NCBI GenBank assembly: GCA_964106915.2
Contig: OZ066924.1
From: Podarcis gaigeae
Lineage: Eukaryota
Strand: one strand, 5' to 3'
DNA: 64,000 nt
Positions 1 through 14,871 of the stretch are shown here, in pieces. The notes beneath the pieces were generated by a model, which made no database searches, had not been told where the DNA came from, and saw only the letters and a list, made by a program, of their open reading frames with translations. The translations under genes and the position numbers were made by a program. Position 1 is the stretch's first letter. Each line of letters begins with the position of its first letter.

Positions 1-2389
1 TACCTTTAGAAGACCACCAGAGTTCATACAAGGAAGTTAAAACCAGTGCTCTATTTAATGACATCTGAGTTGAAGTCTGAGTTGCCAAATGGCAGTAGAT
101 GGGGGGGGGGGGGAGTTTAGGAATCGCCTGACCTGCACCTCTGAGCCTTTAACAGAAGTTTGATATGCAGAAATCCAACAAGTGAAGATGTTCATTGCAT
201 GGAGCTATTAGTACAGGAGAAATGTTTGTTAAAGAGACAAACACAGAGGTCAGTTCAAAAGTGGAAAAACCCCTGCTCAAGGAAAGCAAGCCTAAGAAAA
301 CATATTTCAAGATTAGTATTATATGAATCAGGGCAAAAGCCCCCTGTGTTTGATTTCTGCAGTGAAATAGCCAGCTTGCAGAGTAGAGCTTCCAAGTTTT
401 CAATTTAGACTCAGCAAGATTTCAGCAAAGCTGCAGTCAGACTTAAAAGGATTTGGAGCATATAAATATGTAGAGTCAGTAGCAGCTAGCAAATGCAGTC
501 CAGAACATCCAACTAGGGGACTATAAGTCTGGAAGTAAAGATCCACAGGAGGGGGAAAGTGTTTAAAGTGCAGGTGCTATATAGTGAGTGATTGGAGGGC
601 GGGGGAGGCCTTAACTCAGGCCACAGCTGCTTGAACAGATCACACTTCCTTGCACGTATGCCTGAAAATAGGAGAGTGTTTAACATAATTGATGATTTTT
701 AAATTTGTCTCCAAGGGATTTTAACTCCCCTAATACCTCATGCAGCCAGCCCTACCAGAGTTAAATCTGTTTGCTTGGCTGTAATATTATGGTAGCCTAG
801 ATTAAACGGGTGAGTGTTGAATATTATATATGAAGTTCAGTACAGCAAACAGTGATTAGTTCATAGTATGTGTTCTATGTGTGAATGTAGCTCTTTATCC
901 TACACAATTTAGAAGTTTCTGAGATCAGTGAGATTAACAGTGTTTGCATATGTCGTCAACTAAGGATGGATGAGAAATTAATTTCAGTGCACAATGCATG
1001 TTTAAAGCCAAAAACTATCAAATTCACACTTTCAGAAACAATATGCTCATCAAAACATGGCTACACTCAAAATCCACACTTACCTGACGTGAATTTTGTG
1101 GTGAAATTCTCTAAACAGTATTTACAGAAGTACACATATTAAGATACTAATGAAAATAGCATACAAAATTGGGGAAAGTTACTTGCAAAAATTAGTCAAA
1201 CTTGCATATAAAATGTGTTAATAAAATGTTGGTGCATTTTCATAAGGATTTAAAAAAAAAAAAATATATTGCCACAAAATGCGGAGAAGTGAATTTAAGG
1301 CTGCAAAAATGAGAGACTGAGAGAACAGAAAGTGACAGATCTTTCTCTCCCTATCGCCAAGAGTGTGAAAATTAAATCAGTACAACTGTATCATATGCAG
1401 TTGTAGGATGCATAGGAGGCTACAGCTAAGCTGGGAAATTGTATCACTCCCAGCAGCATTATCTAGAGACCTTCTAAGAGTGTAGAATTCATATGAATTG
1501 CATTCACAGTTTTAGTGGCTAACTGAAGATGTCCATTTTCAGCTTATTTGTTATGTTGAGGTTGACTTCTTCAGGTAGAGAAACAGTCCTAGGAGGAAGC
1601 TGTGATTCAGAGATGAAAAGCTGCCGAAAAGCTGCCATTTTCGGATGCCAAACGCTGGCAATGTCTGGGATTTTCCAGACATATGGCCGCCCTAGCTTTC
1701 CGATTAGAGTGGCCAGGGCTCCTGTACCTTGAATGGTTGTGCAGAATAGGAGATTCCAGCAGATGTAGCTTGCAATCTACAACCTGCTGAAATTCCATTT
1801 TGTTCACAAGTATTAAACCATTATTATTTTCTTGTGGTCTCTGGTCAGTCAAGTTTCTTAAACACTACAGAAACATGCACACCCTGCTTGACCAAGAGAA
1901 TAATTGTGAGATAGGAGATGAATGTGGGTGCTCATTGGCAACAATAGCTTTCAGGTTGTTGTGTGAATGCAGCCTAAGAGACCTTCACACTTACTCAGCC
2001 TAATCTATGGCAACCTGCATCAACGTGGCCAATGCTACCGACATTTCAGCCTGAGGCTGTGAGATAGGGGAGTTTTTTCATGAAGGGCTCTCTCGGCAAT
2101 TTATTCACCCTTGTGACCACAGGTGTTTCTGCTGATTTCCAAAGTGATGGAAAAGCAACATCTGAGCCAGCCCACCCATGTGATGGGGTGAAGCAGGTGC
2201 CTCAGGCGGCAGAAGCACAAGAGGCAGCACTGCCACTGGAATGCCCCTCTCTCACTGAGTTCACTGAGAGGGAGGCATTCCAGCTGTGGTGGAAGTGGGA
2301 TGGGCAGGATGCAACAGCCGGGCAGCCCATTCCTGTTTCGCCTCAGGTGGTGAAGCAGGCTGCCTTTAAGCAATATGCTTGGAAACATA

Positions 2390-2631
2390 CAGTGGTACCT
2401 CGGGTTACAGACGCTTCAGGTTACAGATGCTTCAGGTTACAGGCTCTGCTAACCCAGAAATAGTACCTCGGATTAAGAACTTTGCTTCAGGATGAGAGCA
2501 GATATTGTGCTCTGGCAGCGCGGTGGCAGCGGGGGGCCCCATTAGCTAAAGTGGTTCTTCAGGTTAAGAACAGTTTCAGGTTAAGAACGGACCTCCAGAA
2601 CGACTTAAGTTCTTAACCCGAGGTACCACTG
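2390..2631. mobile_element. Tc1/mariner (Tigger/pogo-like) MITE
   Basis: 18-bp perfect TIR CAGTGGTACCTCGGGTTA, TA target duplication on both sides, internal CAGGTTA subrepeats. Confidence 0.85.
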
Positions 2632-5520
2632 TATTCCCTTGTGCATGAAAATGATCTTGATCAGTATCAGTATAGGCTGTTGATCCCCATCCCCTTTTCA
2701 TCTTCTCCAGTGTCTGGATTCTGGAACAATTTGACCTCATGTCACCATCTTTTTATTTTATTTTTTTATTTTACTGAGTACATATAAAAATGCCCCACGT
2801 CTGACATGTGAACCTAGCAAAGCAATGTTTTCGGCTTATGAGCCAAAGAAGATTTTATCCCCGAAATCCTGGTAGAGCATGCCTCCAACCTCTACCACTA
2901 ACACTCATCCCTCCCCCCCACCCATCCCCGTAAATGAGTGTGTTCATTGGCATGCATGCCTGTTTATTTAGGTGCGTGACAGGCTTCCGTTGTTATTTGG
3001 ACGAAAACGTCTCATTCTACCCATTCCAAGTGCTATTTGCATGCTGTTTTGTAGACATCTCCTAGACATCTCGGGCACCAGAGGGATTAATAACATTCAT
3101 CCAAATGTTTTCCCGGAGGTTGGTGTGTTAGAGAGAAGTATTTGTATTATGTGACTTGAGACAAAGATGAGTTGACGAGCTGAATTCAAAATGTGTAGGG
3201 AGTTAGTGTTCACTGCAAGTAAAAGGGGCTAGCTACACTGTCCTGCAATATTTAAGATTCGTACAGTTCACCTTCTCCCCATCCCGTAAGAACCTCCAAC
3301 CTATTCCTCTTCCTGGAGGCAGGCTAGCTTTGGAAAGAATACAGAGCAGTGCAATTCAAGCACATGCTTCAGATCCTGAAAATCAGAAACACCCACAACA
3401 ACCGCTTGCATAGGATTAGTAACATTGGCCAGTAATTATTAAACTCAAATCTGTCCCCTTAAAGTTGAAACTTTAATCCGTTTTACACTCCATTGCTGGT
3501 ACTTCAGTTGTGGAATAATCTCTGCAGGCGGACTGCCTGGCTTCATCCTCTTCTGCTTTCAGCCATATGGGAACAACTTGCTTCTTCTGAAAGGCTTCAA
3601 TACACTAATATCTGTAGACTCTGCTATCAGCCACTGAGAGGTCAAGGAGACTGAGAAGGGTAGCATCCCCCTGTATCTTGGCTGATAAACCTACTGTAAT
3701 TAACCAAGGGTCATTCCACTTCCAAACATGGGAACGAAGCCAGATTACAATAAATCTAGACAATTCTTTTTCTTCCAGGCACACCTGCAGTTAGACCACC
3801 AGCACCCTCTTAAGCATCTTGCCCCAAAAGGGAATATTTGTGACTGGGCGGTAGTTATTTAACTCTTCTGGCTCCAGAGGGGTCCTCTTAAGAAGAGGGT
3901 GTACCACTGTCTTTTTAAGGGCCAAGACAAATAGGCATTAACCACTCCCTGGGCTGGCCATTCAATCCCCCTTGCATGGACGATGAGTGGAAAAACAGGT
4001 GGTTGCCCAAACTCCTGCAAGCAACTTGTCCACATCCTCAAACTGTAATAGCTGAAACTGAACCAAAGCAACCAGACCAGACAGTGCTCTGGAGATGTAT
4101 GAGGATTTAGGATAACTGTGATATCTAATTCTATGCAAGTCCAACCACTTTATCCTCAAAGTGCTTCATAAAAGCATCACAGCAGGCTTCTAATGACTCA
4201 AAGCTGCCCACTGGTCTGGTGCAATAAGCTTATTTGCAAGTTGGAACAGCTCTGCTGGATGGTTGCTTGAGGATGCAATGGCGTCAGAACCTGCCCTCTA
4301 GGTAGCTGAAAAGCACAAATTAAGAGAACAAGTCTTACCCAGGAAATAAGAATGTCACTGCTACTACCACCAAGATTCCCTAAAACTGACATTGCACCTG
4401 ACTCATTTTGGAGTTATTAATGGCTGCCAAGAGCAGAACTCTGTTGTTGCTGCTGCTTCTGCTGTAAAACCAAATTGAAGGTTACAAATAAAAACCAGAA
4501 GAAGCCACCAAAGCTAAGGGCCCCCCAAGTGCAGCATGTACCCTTTTTTAAAAAAGTGAACACACACCATTTGGAAGCCCTGAATTCTCTCCCCCAATGA
4601 TCACTTGAACTTCAAGCTTTGGCAATCCTCACCCCAGGGCTAATATTACTGGATTAGGTTCCGTCTGTTTAGCTGAACATAGGTCATTTGAAATTGATGG
4701 GACATGTTAGTCATGACTTCACTTAATTTCGAAAGGGAACTACGTGCAACTCACTTAGTCTGGATGCTGCCGATTGAATCCAAACGCTGCAAACTGGCAG
4801 TGAAAACGGCTGGAACTCTGCAGTGGAGGAATGAAGCATTCTGCCATGAAGTACTACTACTGAGAAATGTAGCAAGACACAGCCCTGCCAACATCTACAA
4901 ACCCAGAGAAGACGATTCCACAAGCAGACAGAATAATGGGCCAGAACAAGTGGATTTGGAACAGTTCACAGCAATCCTGTCTTTAGCTGTGCTTCAGCAA
5001 TCGTCTCCCAGGTCGCATTGTCTGCAGTAGCCAGAATTTAGTTTTCCATCTGTTTGGCCCCTTTTTATCCTGTAGTAATAAACACGTTACATATCCTTGG
5101 CTCCCTGGCAAATCTGTTTTTGACAAAAGGCCACAAAAACCAAAACAACCAAGGAATTGGGGCCGGCTTGTCCAGACGAGGGGTCAGGGGAAGAAGTCCA
5201 CAGTACTAAAAAGGTATAGTAATGGCATTTTTGGCAGAGTCTTTCCTTCTCTGTGAGCCACGTTCTGCTCAGATGCAGGCAGCCGGCATTGCTGTTCAGG
5301 GCTGAGCTGCACCTGGAGAATCCCCCAGGCGATTGCATCCCTGTTAGGGGACACTGGAAATCGCTCTGCACTTAGGAACAGCCACAACAAAGGGAAGGCT
5401 GCAGGTGCAGGTGCAGAATGAGAGAAGACAAGGCAGTCTGCTGCAAACCTATCACCTTGCAAAGAATGCCTGCTGGGAAGGCAGATGCCCCTTCCCCTTT
5501 ATCTTTTTTCACTAAATGTT

Positions 5521-5824
5521 AGCTCCACATGGAAGACAGAGCAAGATTGTTTTCTCCTGTTCCAGAGGGTAGGACCCAAACCAATGGCTTCAAGCTACAA
5601 GGGACAAGTTTCCATCTAAACATCAGGAAGAACTTTCTGACATTAAGAGCTGTTTGACAGTGGAATGGAGTCCCTTGGGAGGTGGTGGACTCTCCTTCCT
5701 TCGAGGTTATTAAGCAGAGGTTGGATGGTCACCTGTCATAGATGCTTAAATTGAGATTCCTGCATTGCAGGGAGTTGAGCTAGATGACCCTTGTGGTTAC
5801 TTCCAATCTATGCTTCTATGATTC
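5521..5824 (+). mobile_element. CR1 LINE 3' end
   Basis: Typical CR1 ORF2 end/3'UTR (...aacatcaggaagaactttctgac...cagtggaat...agcagaggttggatgg...ttccaatctatgcttctatgattc). Confidence 0.8.
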
Positions 5825-6550
5825 CACCTTCCTAAGTCAACTTAAGTCTTAGAGGAGGCATTGCCCAGTAAGGAAGGGAAAACGAAGCATCCCCCAATAC
5901 ATTGAGTCAAGCAAAAATTAAAATGTTAAGAGGGACAGAAGGTCTGCAAACAAGTAACTTGTTTTACTTGTTTACTTGCAAACAAGTAACTTGTCTATTT
6001 TCCTTTGTTTTGCAATCATTTTATCTGGCTTTTCAGGCAATGATTGCTTCCCAAAGTGAATCACACCAATGCAGCATGGCTTGCAAATTCAAAAGATGCA
6101 GAGCTGGGGAGGCAAAAGGCAGAAGAGGCCAAAATGAGGTTGTGTGCTGCAGCTGGGGCTATATATGCAATTGGAGCCAAGCTGCTCTTCTCAAGGTTAA
6201 AGTAACTTATTCCCCTCCCCCAACTACAGCTAAACAGCTTTCCTTTCAGCTGTTCCATCCAGAAACTATATCACTCTGAGGAAGTAACCCCTTGGCCTTT
6301 CCTCAGCCACTGAGGAGGAGGAGGAGGAGGAGGAGGAGGGGTGACACAGAAACTGCTAGTAATCAGGGAGGAAGAAGAGGAGGAGGAGGAAGGGTGCCAG
6401 CAAGAAAGGTGGAACACCTCCACCACAAAGAGGGTGCGAGCTACAGAGTCACTCCGCAATAGAGGCAATGTAATGCACCGGTCCTGCTAATGTGAACTTG
6501 AAATAAATCCCTTGTTTAAATAGCCATAGGTAGTTTGCCCCTCCCCACTC

Positions 6551-7079
6551 TGTCAGCAACTGGCTGGACACTGAGGAGGGGTGGCTGGATTCTGATGAGT
6601 GGGCACTGGAAGACTGGCTTAGAAAAAGGGATCAGTGAACTGGAGGAATCAGTAACAGCTGGGAGACAAGATTCAGAGGCAGGAGAAGCTGCAGGATTGG
6701 AAAGTGAAGAACAGGTGCAAGAGGAAGGAGAGATATGTCAGGCTGGGGTAGAGTCAAGGGCTTGCACACCTCCTCCTCCTCCTGCCCCCACCTCTCCTGC
6801 TCCACAGTCTCCCAGGACCAGAAGAGGACTGAAGCGGGAGGAGCAGAAGCAGGTTCCACGTAGGCATAGTCTTCATCTGCTTGCATGCAGTTCAGGGGGG
6901 GGGGGGAATCCATAAGCCAAGGTTGGGGGTGAGGCCTCTGTTGCATGGAAGTGCCTGATTGGGTGCATACCCAGGAGCAGGACTGATGGACATGACTTTT
7001 CCTGTCTTGTAAGTGTACCTTTGGAAATAACAAGTTAATTCCTCACTCTGGACATTCTTTTCCTGACAGCGCCATGACA
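6551..7079 (+). mobile_element. Probable solo LTR-like repeat
   Basis: TGTCA...TGACA termini, purine-rich interior, AATAA near the 3' end; no clear TSD. Confidence 0.4.
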
Positions 7080-10000
7080 CCCTGCTGGAGAACAACTCTC
7101 TTTCCCCATGGGCTTTTCACACAAGGCCACAGCGGGAAACAAGAGGCTGGATGCCAAAATGTAGGTGTTTGGGATTCAGCTGAAACAGGAAATGATTCAG
7201 GATTTCAAATTTTAAAAACACTATAAAGCAGGAATAGGGTACCTGTGGCAACCCAGACATTCTTAGGCTCCCATCAACCCCAGTCAGCATGGTCAGTGAT
7301 CAAGGACAAAGGGAATTAAATACAACAAATATTATTTATTTGTTTAGCTGAAGCCGTTACAAAAGATAAAATATATAAAGCAGAATAAAATAGATTACAC
7401 AGCTAAAATAATTCTTTAGAACCAGATATTTTGTCAGACAAAATTTAACTTATCATCCCCACAGACTGTTCTCCTTAAAATTGTTGCTGTAAAGCTCACG
7501 TTTTCAGAGGTGAAGGGGGAACCTGTCCCCTGATGGGAGTTGTAATCCAGCCCCATCTGGCAGGATCATGCACTCCCCACATCTGCACTCAAGTAAGATC
7601 TGCCCCCCCATCTTTCTTATCATCACCTTTTGCTTTGTTAATTCCCCCATGCAGCCCCCACATGCCTCTCCTTCAACACCCATTTGGCAGGTTAGAAAGA
7701 CTTTGTGAGGGCAGCTTTCCCCCTCCCCTCTGTTCAGTCAGGAGATTTGTTCCGTATTCTGCCGGCTTATAGGTCTTGTCTCTGCTGTCTCGTTCTGAGT
7801 GGGAGACTCCAGATTTGAAGGCTAATCTTCAGATATCCCACTGCGAAAAGCATAAGTCAACATAGCCATTGGCACAGATGAAAAACCCCTTTGACCTTGG
7901 GTAAAAATAGGAATCAAGAGACAGGCAGACAGCGTCAACCAAGCGCGCAACTTGCCGAGATGCTCCAAAAGGTGCATGATTTACTGGATCACAAACAACA
8001 CTGGGGTCTGCTGAGACTTCATAGTTAAGCCATCCAAGTGAGAAATTCATTCACTAATGACACGAGAAACCTTTCACAAATGCTTTCCCAGCCCTCAGAA
8101 GACCCCAGGACCCAGTCAGGAATTCTTCGTGGAGATTATATATAATTACATGCTGATGCGATTGAGGAAACGAGTTCACATGATTCATGTTCCTGGGTCA
8201 AAAAGGAAAAAAAAATCTGGCAGATAATCCTACAGCCCAGATCCAATGTGGATTTTATCTGATTTTACTTAAACAATGCTCAGTAATTACAGTCATTTTC
8301 AAGGCATTCAGCATAGCACCTGCGGCTGCCAGAAGATGAACAAACAACAGTTTTGGCCACCAGAGCGAAAGCCTAAAAACAAAAAACCGATCCTTTGGAT
8401 GAAAAAAAAGTGGTGGCTGGAAAATAATCAAGTGACCGCGCAGGGGGGTTTCGTTTTCAAAATATCAAAATAGCCCCGTGTGCTGAGTTTGTGGATTATT
8501 TTGTTTTTAAACAGAATTCATGGTATTAACAACAGGAGGTCGAGGGCTGGAAGGCTCACCCCTTGATGACAGAGAAAGCAGCTCAGATAGCATCAGCTTT
8601 CACAGTCTGGAAACCTTAAAATAAAAATAATTACATTTCTCAACAGAGCAATCATTGCAGGGGCAACAAGCTCTTGCAATGGGATGTCAGCAGGGCTTGC
8701 TAGCAAAACAGCTGCTTGGGATTATTCCCCTCTATATGCAAGGAAAACATGTTTCAACATTTAGGATGTTAGCATGCCTCAGGCCGTCCTTGGAAGCAAT
8801 TCAGTTACATTCAGCACACACCATAGTAAATTATCCAAACTTTGTGTTGGGGTACGTTATGGGGGATCATCAAAGCAGGGCCCATTGATCACTGGTTCTG
8901 CTCTGGTATCGCCATCTGAAAGCAAAACAAGCAGCAGGTGATGGCAAATATATTTTTCATACAGCTGTTTTGGATCCTCTCTTGTGCGTGAAAGATCTTT
9001 CTTTCCCTGAGACTCTGGGGAAGCTGCAACCAGTCAGAGCAGAGAATACTGTGCTAACTGGATGGATGACTTGTCTGACATGGTATAAAATAGCCTCCTG
9101 TAAGACAACTATTTGGCCCATACTGCTGAAGAGGCTGTCAGATGCAACTCTGCATGATTTGCAATTCTGCCCTTGCCAACTTACACTCAGCACTCGCTGC
9201 TGGTAAGCTGTTGTTTCACAGCTTTGTGCTGGGTAAGAATCGATCACTCCATCTCACATCTGCAGTGCAGATGCTATGGAATTAACCACTGGCTGCATCT
9301 CTGAATAATTCCCTGCTCTGGCCTCACCTCCTTCCAATCAACGCCCAGTCACTCCTGATGCAGGGACCCAGCAAGTTTGCCCACCGTTGCAGGAGGTTTT
9401 CCATTGCATTTCTGCATGAGTAAGTGCTCTGAGCTTTTCTTTCCAACCAGGATGAATGCTTACTTTAGTGACTCATGCACAAACATGGGGACTGGGCTCC
9501 TCTGAGGGCGGATAATTTTTATTCTTACACATTCTAACTGTTGCGCATTCCGGATTTAATTCCCAAATAAGTGTAATCTAGCAAACGCTTGGGAAACACA
9601 AGGAGGGGGCTGAATGACACCCCACACACATATTGAAAGAATGTGTGGGTCACAATGCCTTCGATCGGGGCCCTTCCTCATCAGCAGCTGCTCTATGTAC
9701 ATGCAACAGTGTGCCTCAACTGTTCAAAGATTCTGAACATCCACATTTGCTTTGCAGATTTAACATGCGTTGGTGGACAATGGGAATTCCAGCAGCAGCA
9801 ATAACAAAGGTTGATTTTATTTGATTTTATCCATTGTATACTTTTTGAAATTCTTACATACACCACTTAGAAATTCCAATGATTAAGGGGTCTGCTGGAA
9901 ATATTCAGCGGACTTTTTTGAGTTTAGTCCATTCTAGATTTACTGGCTCATGCTGTAACAAGGGACTCAGCTTTACAGCTGCAACATTTTAAACTGGTTG

Positions 10001-12072
10001 TAAAGTACAAAGTACAAATGTGACACTAGATGACGAAAGTGAGCTATGCAAAATTTAATGTATTTTTCAGAACTTTTTTTAAAAAGCATTTTCACCGCAC
10101 TTTTTATGTGTGTAGATTACACCAAGATGTAGGTTTGATGGCCAGCAACTGAAACAGCTTTAAAACATTTCATAGCAGATAAGGTTGCTGGTCACAATGG
10201 TTATATGTTGCCTCTGGGTTCAGAGGCAGCACGTGTCTCTCAATGTCAGCTGCTGGGAAACAACACCTAGGGAGGGTTTTGCTCCCATCTGCCCTGGCCT
10301 GTGGCCATTTGGTTGGCTGCTGTGAGAGGCAGGATGCTTAAATAGGTTTATGGTGTGTTGTAGCAGGATAGCTCGTCTTATGTTCCTGTATGCATTAAGG
10401 CTGGTGTGTTGATTTTAAGCAGAAGTTACAACTAATCAGGTTCAGGAAACAGGTCATTGGAAACTTTGACCCTGATAATATTCAGCCATATCCAAATCAA
10501 AGTGGTGGAACTTATTGTACTTTCCCATCACTAACAGTCTCAGTATTCTTACTCTGTGCCCTTCAGCAAAGCTATGCACTTTAATATTAGCGCAATCCAT
10601 TCCATATGTTTAACCTTATGACCCTCTAATCTCCACCTAAGCTGCAAGGAAAGAAAAGAAAGCTTAATCATTATATATAATTTCAAAACATTCCTGACTA
10701 CACTCAGAACATTGCCTTAGGAACATAATTAAGGGAACAAGAATAATTCTCCATTGTAGAGGCTATGGTGGAGAGGAACAATCATTTCTGGCAGAATTGA
10801 TTATTTTCAATAGAGGTGATGTAAATTCTGAGCTGAACAGACATTGGGCAGTAGCCAACGTCCACCGGCACAAGGATTTCTGCTTGTGCAATGGAACTTC
10901 TTCTCTCGCTCCTTGCACAAAGCCCCTGCACCCCCCCAAAAAAAATCTGCTCCTGAAGGTTGGAAAAAACCAAGAACATGTTTAGGGTGTGGGGAGAAGT
11001 TCTGTTGTGCAGCCAAAAGTCCTTGCACACTGATGCATATTAATATTACTCTCATTTCTTCCATTTATATTGAATAACATTTGGCATTTTGTTCAGGATC
11101 ATCTCCAGATCACGTTTTACTAAGCACCTAAACTAGCAAAGCATCCAAACAATGCCATCATTCTCATTGCACAATGAACTCAAGAGGCCAGGAGCCACGT
11201 GAAAAGATTCTCTTTGCGTGCCCTGTCTCTTGCAGGAGGAAGAATGAGTATGTCATGCCCAAATCCTGGAGCCAGCATGGCTAACATAAAAAAGATGATG
11301 AGCCCCGATATATTTTCCTGCCCCCTTCCTCTCCAAGCATCATCATGTCTCCCACTAGACCAGAACTGAAATAGTGCCAAATTTTAGGTAATTCCCCTTA
11401 CAAAACTGTGCTTCTGCATCACTACAAAGTTCTTTTAAAAAGGTGGGGGGACAAGGGCCAGGAAATTAAGGAAGGGCTTTCACTAAGGAACATGGAGCTT
11501 ACTGTATTTGTGTTCCACAACTACTACTACATTAAGAAGCGCAAGTCTACCATCTAGTGGCCAGCCAGGTTATTTACACCCCTCTAAAGCCACCTACCTC
11601 TTTTGAGAAGTGATGAACATAGGGCAAGTAACCAAGAAAGAACAAAAAAAAACCCCACAGAAATGTCACACAGATAAGTCACCTGGAGTCCTCAGTTCAG
11701 AGATTATCCCAATGCTGCATGTGTCACTGTTGTCACTGTAGGGATATGATAGAAGCTGTACCCAACGAAACTTATTGAAGTTGCAAAAGGAATGCAGGGA
11801 AGCAGAGCTCCAGAACTTTCTTCAGAACAGGAGCAATGGCGCCATTAGCTTGGAGCAGCAGGGTCCCAGATAGTCCCTATATGGCTGCTCTGGCAAGCAA
11901 ATGGAGTAATCATGAGGTTTTCAAGTTTCTTTGCCAGATTAGCAGTCACCAAATGAGGAAAATAATTAGGCTAAACATATATTTTCTTTTCTTATTCATT
12001 TCCAAAATGTCATGTCCCAGCCCACAGATCTATGAAATTTACCAATTTATGGAGCTAAAGTCCAGGTAGGAC

Positions 12073-12224
12073 CAGTGTTTTTTTCTAGACAAAGAGGTGC
12101 TGGTACTCCCCATGAGGTCGTTACAGTAAGTGCCACCCTTTTTAAAAACCAAAAAAGAAAAAAAGAAAGAAGAGAGAGGTGCCGGTATTGCGTACCCTTG
12201 ACTACCCCCTGAAAAAAGGCCCTT
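12073..12224. mobile_element. hAT-type MITE (same family as 26697-26813)
   Basis: CAGTG start, ...accccctgaaaaaaggccc end; 8-bp TSD ggtaggac/ggtaagac. Confidence 0.7.
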
Positions 12225-13028
12225 GGTAAGACTATAAAGTCTGACAATTTCATAGATCTATGGGCCAAAGCACTGCATTACGCTTAGATGTCTAGCTTAG
12301 CTCCTATGCAAAAGTGTCTGGGCCCTGAGTGGAGAGAAGTTAGTGGCAACGTTGCCACCACCAAAGCAGCAACAGAAAGCATGTGTTGGCAGCCACCAGC
12401 AGAGATAGGCACTGTCCTGGGTTTGGAGGAAAGGTTGGTGCATGATAAGCACCATGCTAAGGGTCCCCCAAAATCTGGCACCAGTTGTGCTCACTGTGGA
12501 AGCTGCCATGATGAGCTCCAGCTGTTGGCATATATGAAACTGAAAATCAAAGTTCTATATTGAAAATCTTAATCTTTATAAATTACACAAACAAAATACA
12601 TTCTCACAAGTGTCACACAATTGACAGCCCAACTCTGTGTGTAAAGGCTTGCAAGTGAGTTGCACTGAATTTAATAAGATGTGTTTGGTGGCAATCATAG
12701 GACTGCTGCCTTAGTGCAGCCTCTGCTATGCATGTCGAAAGATAACGTGCTATATGCGGAATGAAATTTTGCCCATGAAACCTTGGATTAGTTTTGTCAG
12801 TTTGGCCCGTTGTCAAAGACTTCAGGAATTTCCCACTGTAAAGCCTCCTTTCAAACCCTTAATAAATAGAAACATTTAAATATGCACATAATGTGAGCTT
12901 TGTGACTGATGTGATAAAATTGCAGGGCTACCTCCCCCCTAAAAAAATGATGCCATCCAGTTGTGTTTGTGGAAAACCTTACCACTATTTTGTTCCCAAG
13001 TGTGGCACTTTATTCTCTCCTAAAGGAG

Positions 13029-13077
13029 TGAGATGAGCGCTGCAGCTGGCCCTAATGGTCAGGGGTACCTTTACCTT
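13029..13077 (+). mobile_element. Severely 5'-truncated Sauria SINE tail
   Basis: ggtcaggggtacctttacctt tail flanked by the direct repeat taaaggag. Confidence 0.55.
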
Positions 13078-13243
13078 TAAAGGAGCAATCTATTACAGAA
13101 AATGAATGCATTAAAAGAAAAAAATTGGGACAGGTTGGCTATATTAGGACAGGTTAGCTTTTTCTGTTGAACTCAGCTCTTAAAATCCAAGCCTGCCCCT
13201 ACTATAATAGGCATATATTGATTGTTTCTTGGTCACGCTAGAG

Positions 13244-13379
13244 CAGGCACCCCCAAACTTGGCCCTCCAGATATTTTGAGACTACAATTCCTATCATCCC
13301 TGACCACTGGTCCTGTTAGCTAGGGATGATGGGAGTTGTAGTCCAAAAACATCTGGAGGGCAGTGTTTGGGGATGCCTG
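13244..13379. mobile_element. 136-bp palindromic hAT-type MITE
   Basis: CAGGCA...TGCCTG long inverted arms; same family as 23442 and 31302. Confidence 0.8.
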
Positions 13380-14266
13380 CCCAAGGGCATGACAGAATGC
13401 CAGGAACTGTTCTTTCTGTATAGAACAGTATTCAGCTCATCAAGAGTTGGGAACCTATGGACTTAGGGAGTGTAGACACAGACCCAAAGAAACTGGCAGA
13501 CCAAAAAGCAAAGCTTTGAAGGGTCCAGGTGAGGTTCAGTCATTGAATATGGACAGCAAGCAAACTTTTTGGCCGAAAGATTGCTACATAACACTAATTC
13601 TGGGCACATTAGCAGTTGTATACCTGCTGTTTAAGATGTTTTTTAAAAAGAAATAAAATTGCTATAACCCACTTGCTATTCTTCTTTCAAGGCATTAATG
13701 GGGCAGAGAAACAGTGCATGAGCAACATGTGGTCAGTTTTCATGTTAGAAAGGAGTGAAGGACCCTCTTCCTTTTCAAAGGACAAAAAGGCAGTTAAAGC
13801 ATTAAGAGTCCTAATAACACCAGCCACAGTGTTTGAAATTAGCCAGGCGCCAAGTGAAGATGTGCGGGTTCCAGGAGAGTGCCTGACATCTCCACTGTCT
13901 GGAGGTGCATGCCTGGGGATCATTGCAACTTGACTGTTTCCACACACTAATACCACATCCTGTAGAATTCTATCGGCTATATTTTATCTGCACAATCAGA
14001 ATGAATTTCAGGAACCAAACTGTTTTTTTCTGGGCAGCCTGAGGAGAGGCAGTAAACAATGTTATAGTTAATGGTTGTAGCTTGTCTTTGCTTACCCAAC
14101 TTGCCTTGCTCAGTTGTCTTACATTATGAATGGTCTGTGTTGCCATTAAGAAACTGAATAGGCCAATATACCTGTGGACTGCCCCTGGATAAAATGTCTT
14201 CTCTTTTTTAAGTTCTTAAAGCTCTTAACCTAGCTCGTGAACTAGCCAGATGTTTAACTGATAATT

Positions 14267-14654
14267 AGGTAAAAGGGTAAAGGACCCCTGGACATTTTTA
14301 AAAGCGTCTTGTCAAAGATGACCATGAGGTGCGCTGCTCATCTTGCTTCAGGCCAAGGGAGCTGGCGTTTGTCCACAGACAGCATTCCGGGTCATGTGGC
14401 CAGCATGACTAAACCGCTTCTGGTGCAACGGAAGACCGTGATGGAAACCAGAGCACACGGAAACGCCGTTTACCTTCCGGCTGCAGCGGTGCCTATTTAT
14501 CTATTTGCACTGGTGTGTTTTTGAACTGCTAGGTTGGCAGGAGCTGGGACAGAGCAATGGGAGCTCACTCCATCGTGGGGATTCGAACCACCAACCATCT
14601 GATCGGCAAGCCCAAGAGACTTAGTGGTTTAGATCACAGTGCCACCCATGTCCC
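14267..14654 (-). mobile_element. Sauria SINE
   Basis: On the minus strand: GGGAC..GGTGGC head, B-box GGTTCGAATCC, body and (ACCTTT)-type tail. Confidence 0.88.
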
Positions 14655-14871
14655 TACTGATAATTGCCTGATTTCTTTTTTTCAAATGATGGACTGACTG
14701 TGAATAAGACTTTGGAACCATTTTGCCCCCAAATTACTACTAGACATTCCGTTTTGGCAACTGAAGCCTTGGTTTCAGAAGCCATTTGGCACCTAGCTTT
14801 TATATCTTGAGTTTCTAACACTGCAGCAACATACCAATGGTACAGAAGAAAATATAGCATTTTGTGTTAAT

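Noticed and set aside
1-4450. Possible old LINE endonuclease/ORF remnants at 1-620 and 3860-4440
   Set aside because: Too degenerate to assign a family or boundaries by eye
6535-7033. 126-aa and 133-aa Glu/Pro-rich ORFs
   Set aside because: Lie in an LTR-like purine-rich repeat; no splice or domain support
7800-9850. Repeat-poor stretch that might hold conserved enhancers
   Set aside because: No evidence obtainable without cross-species alignment
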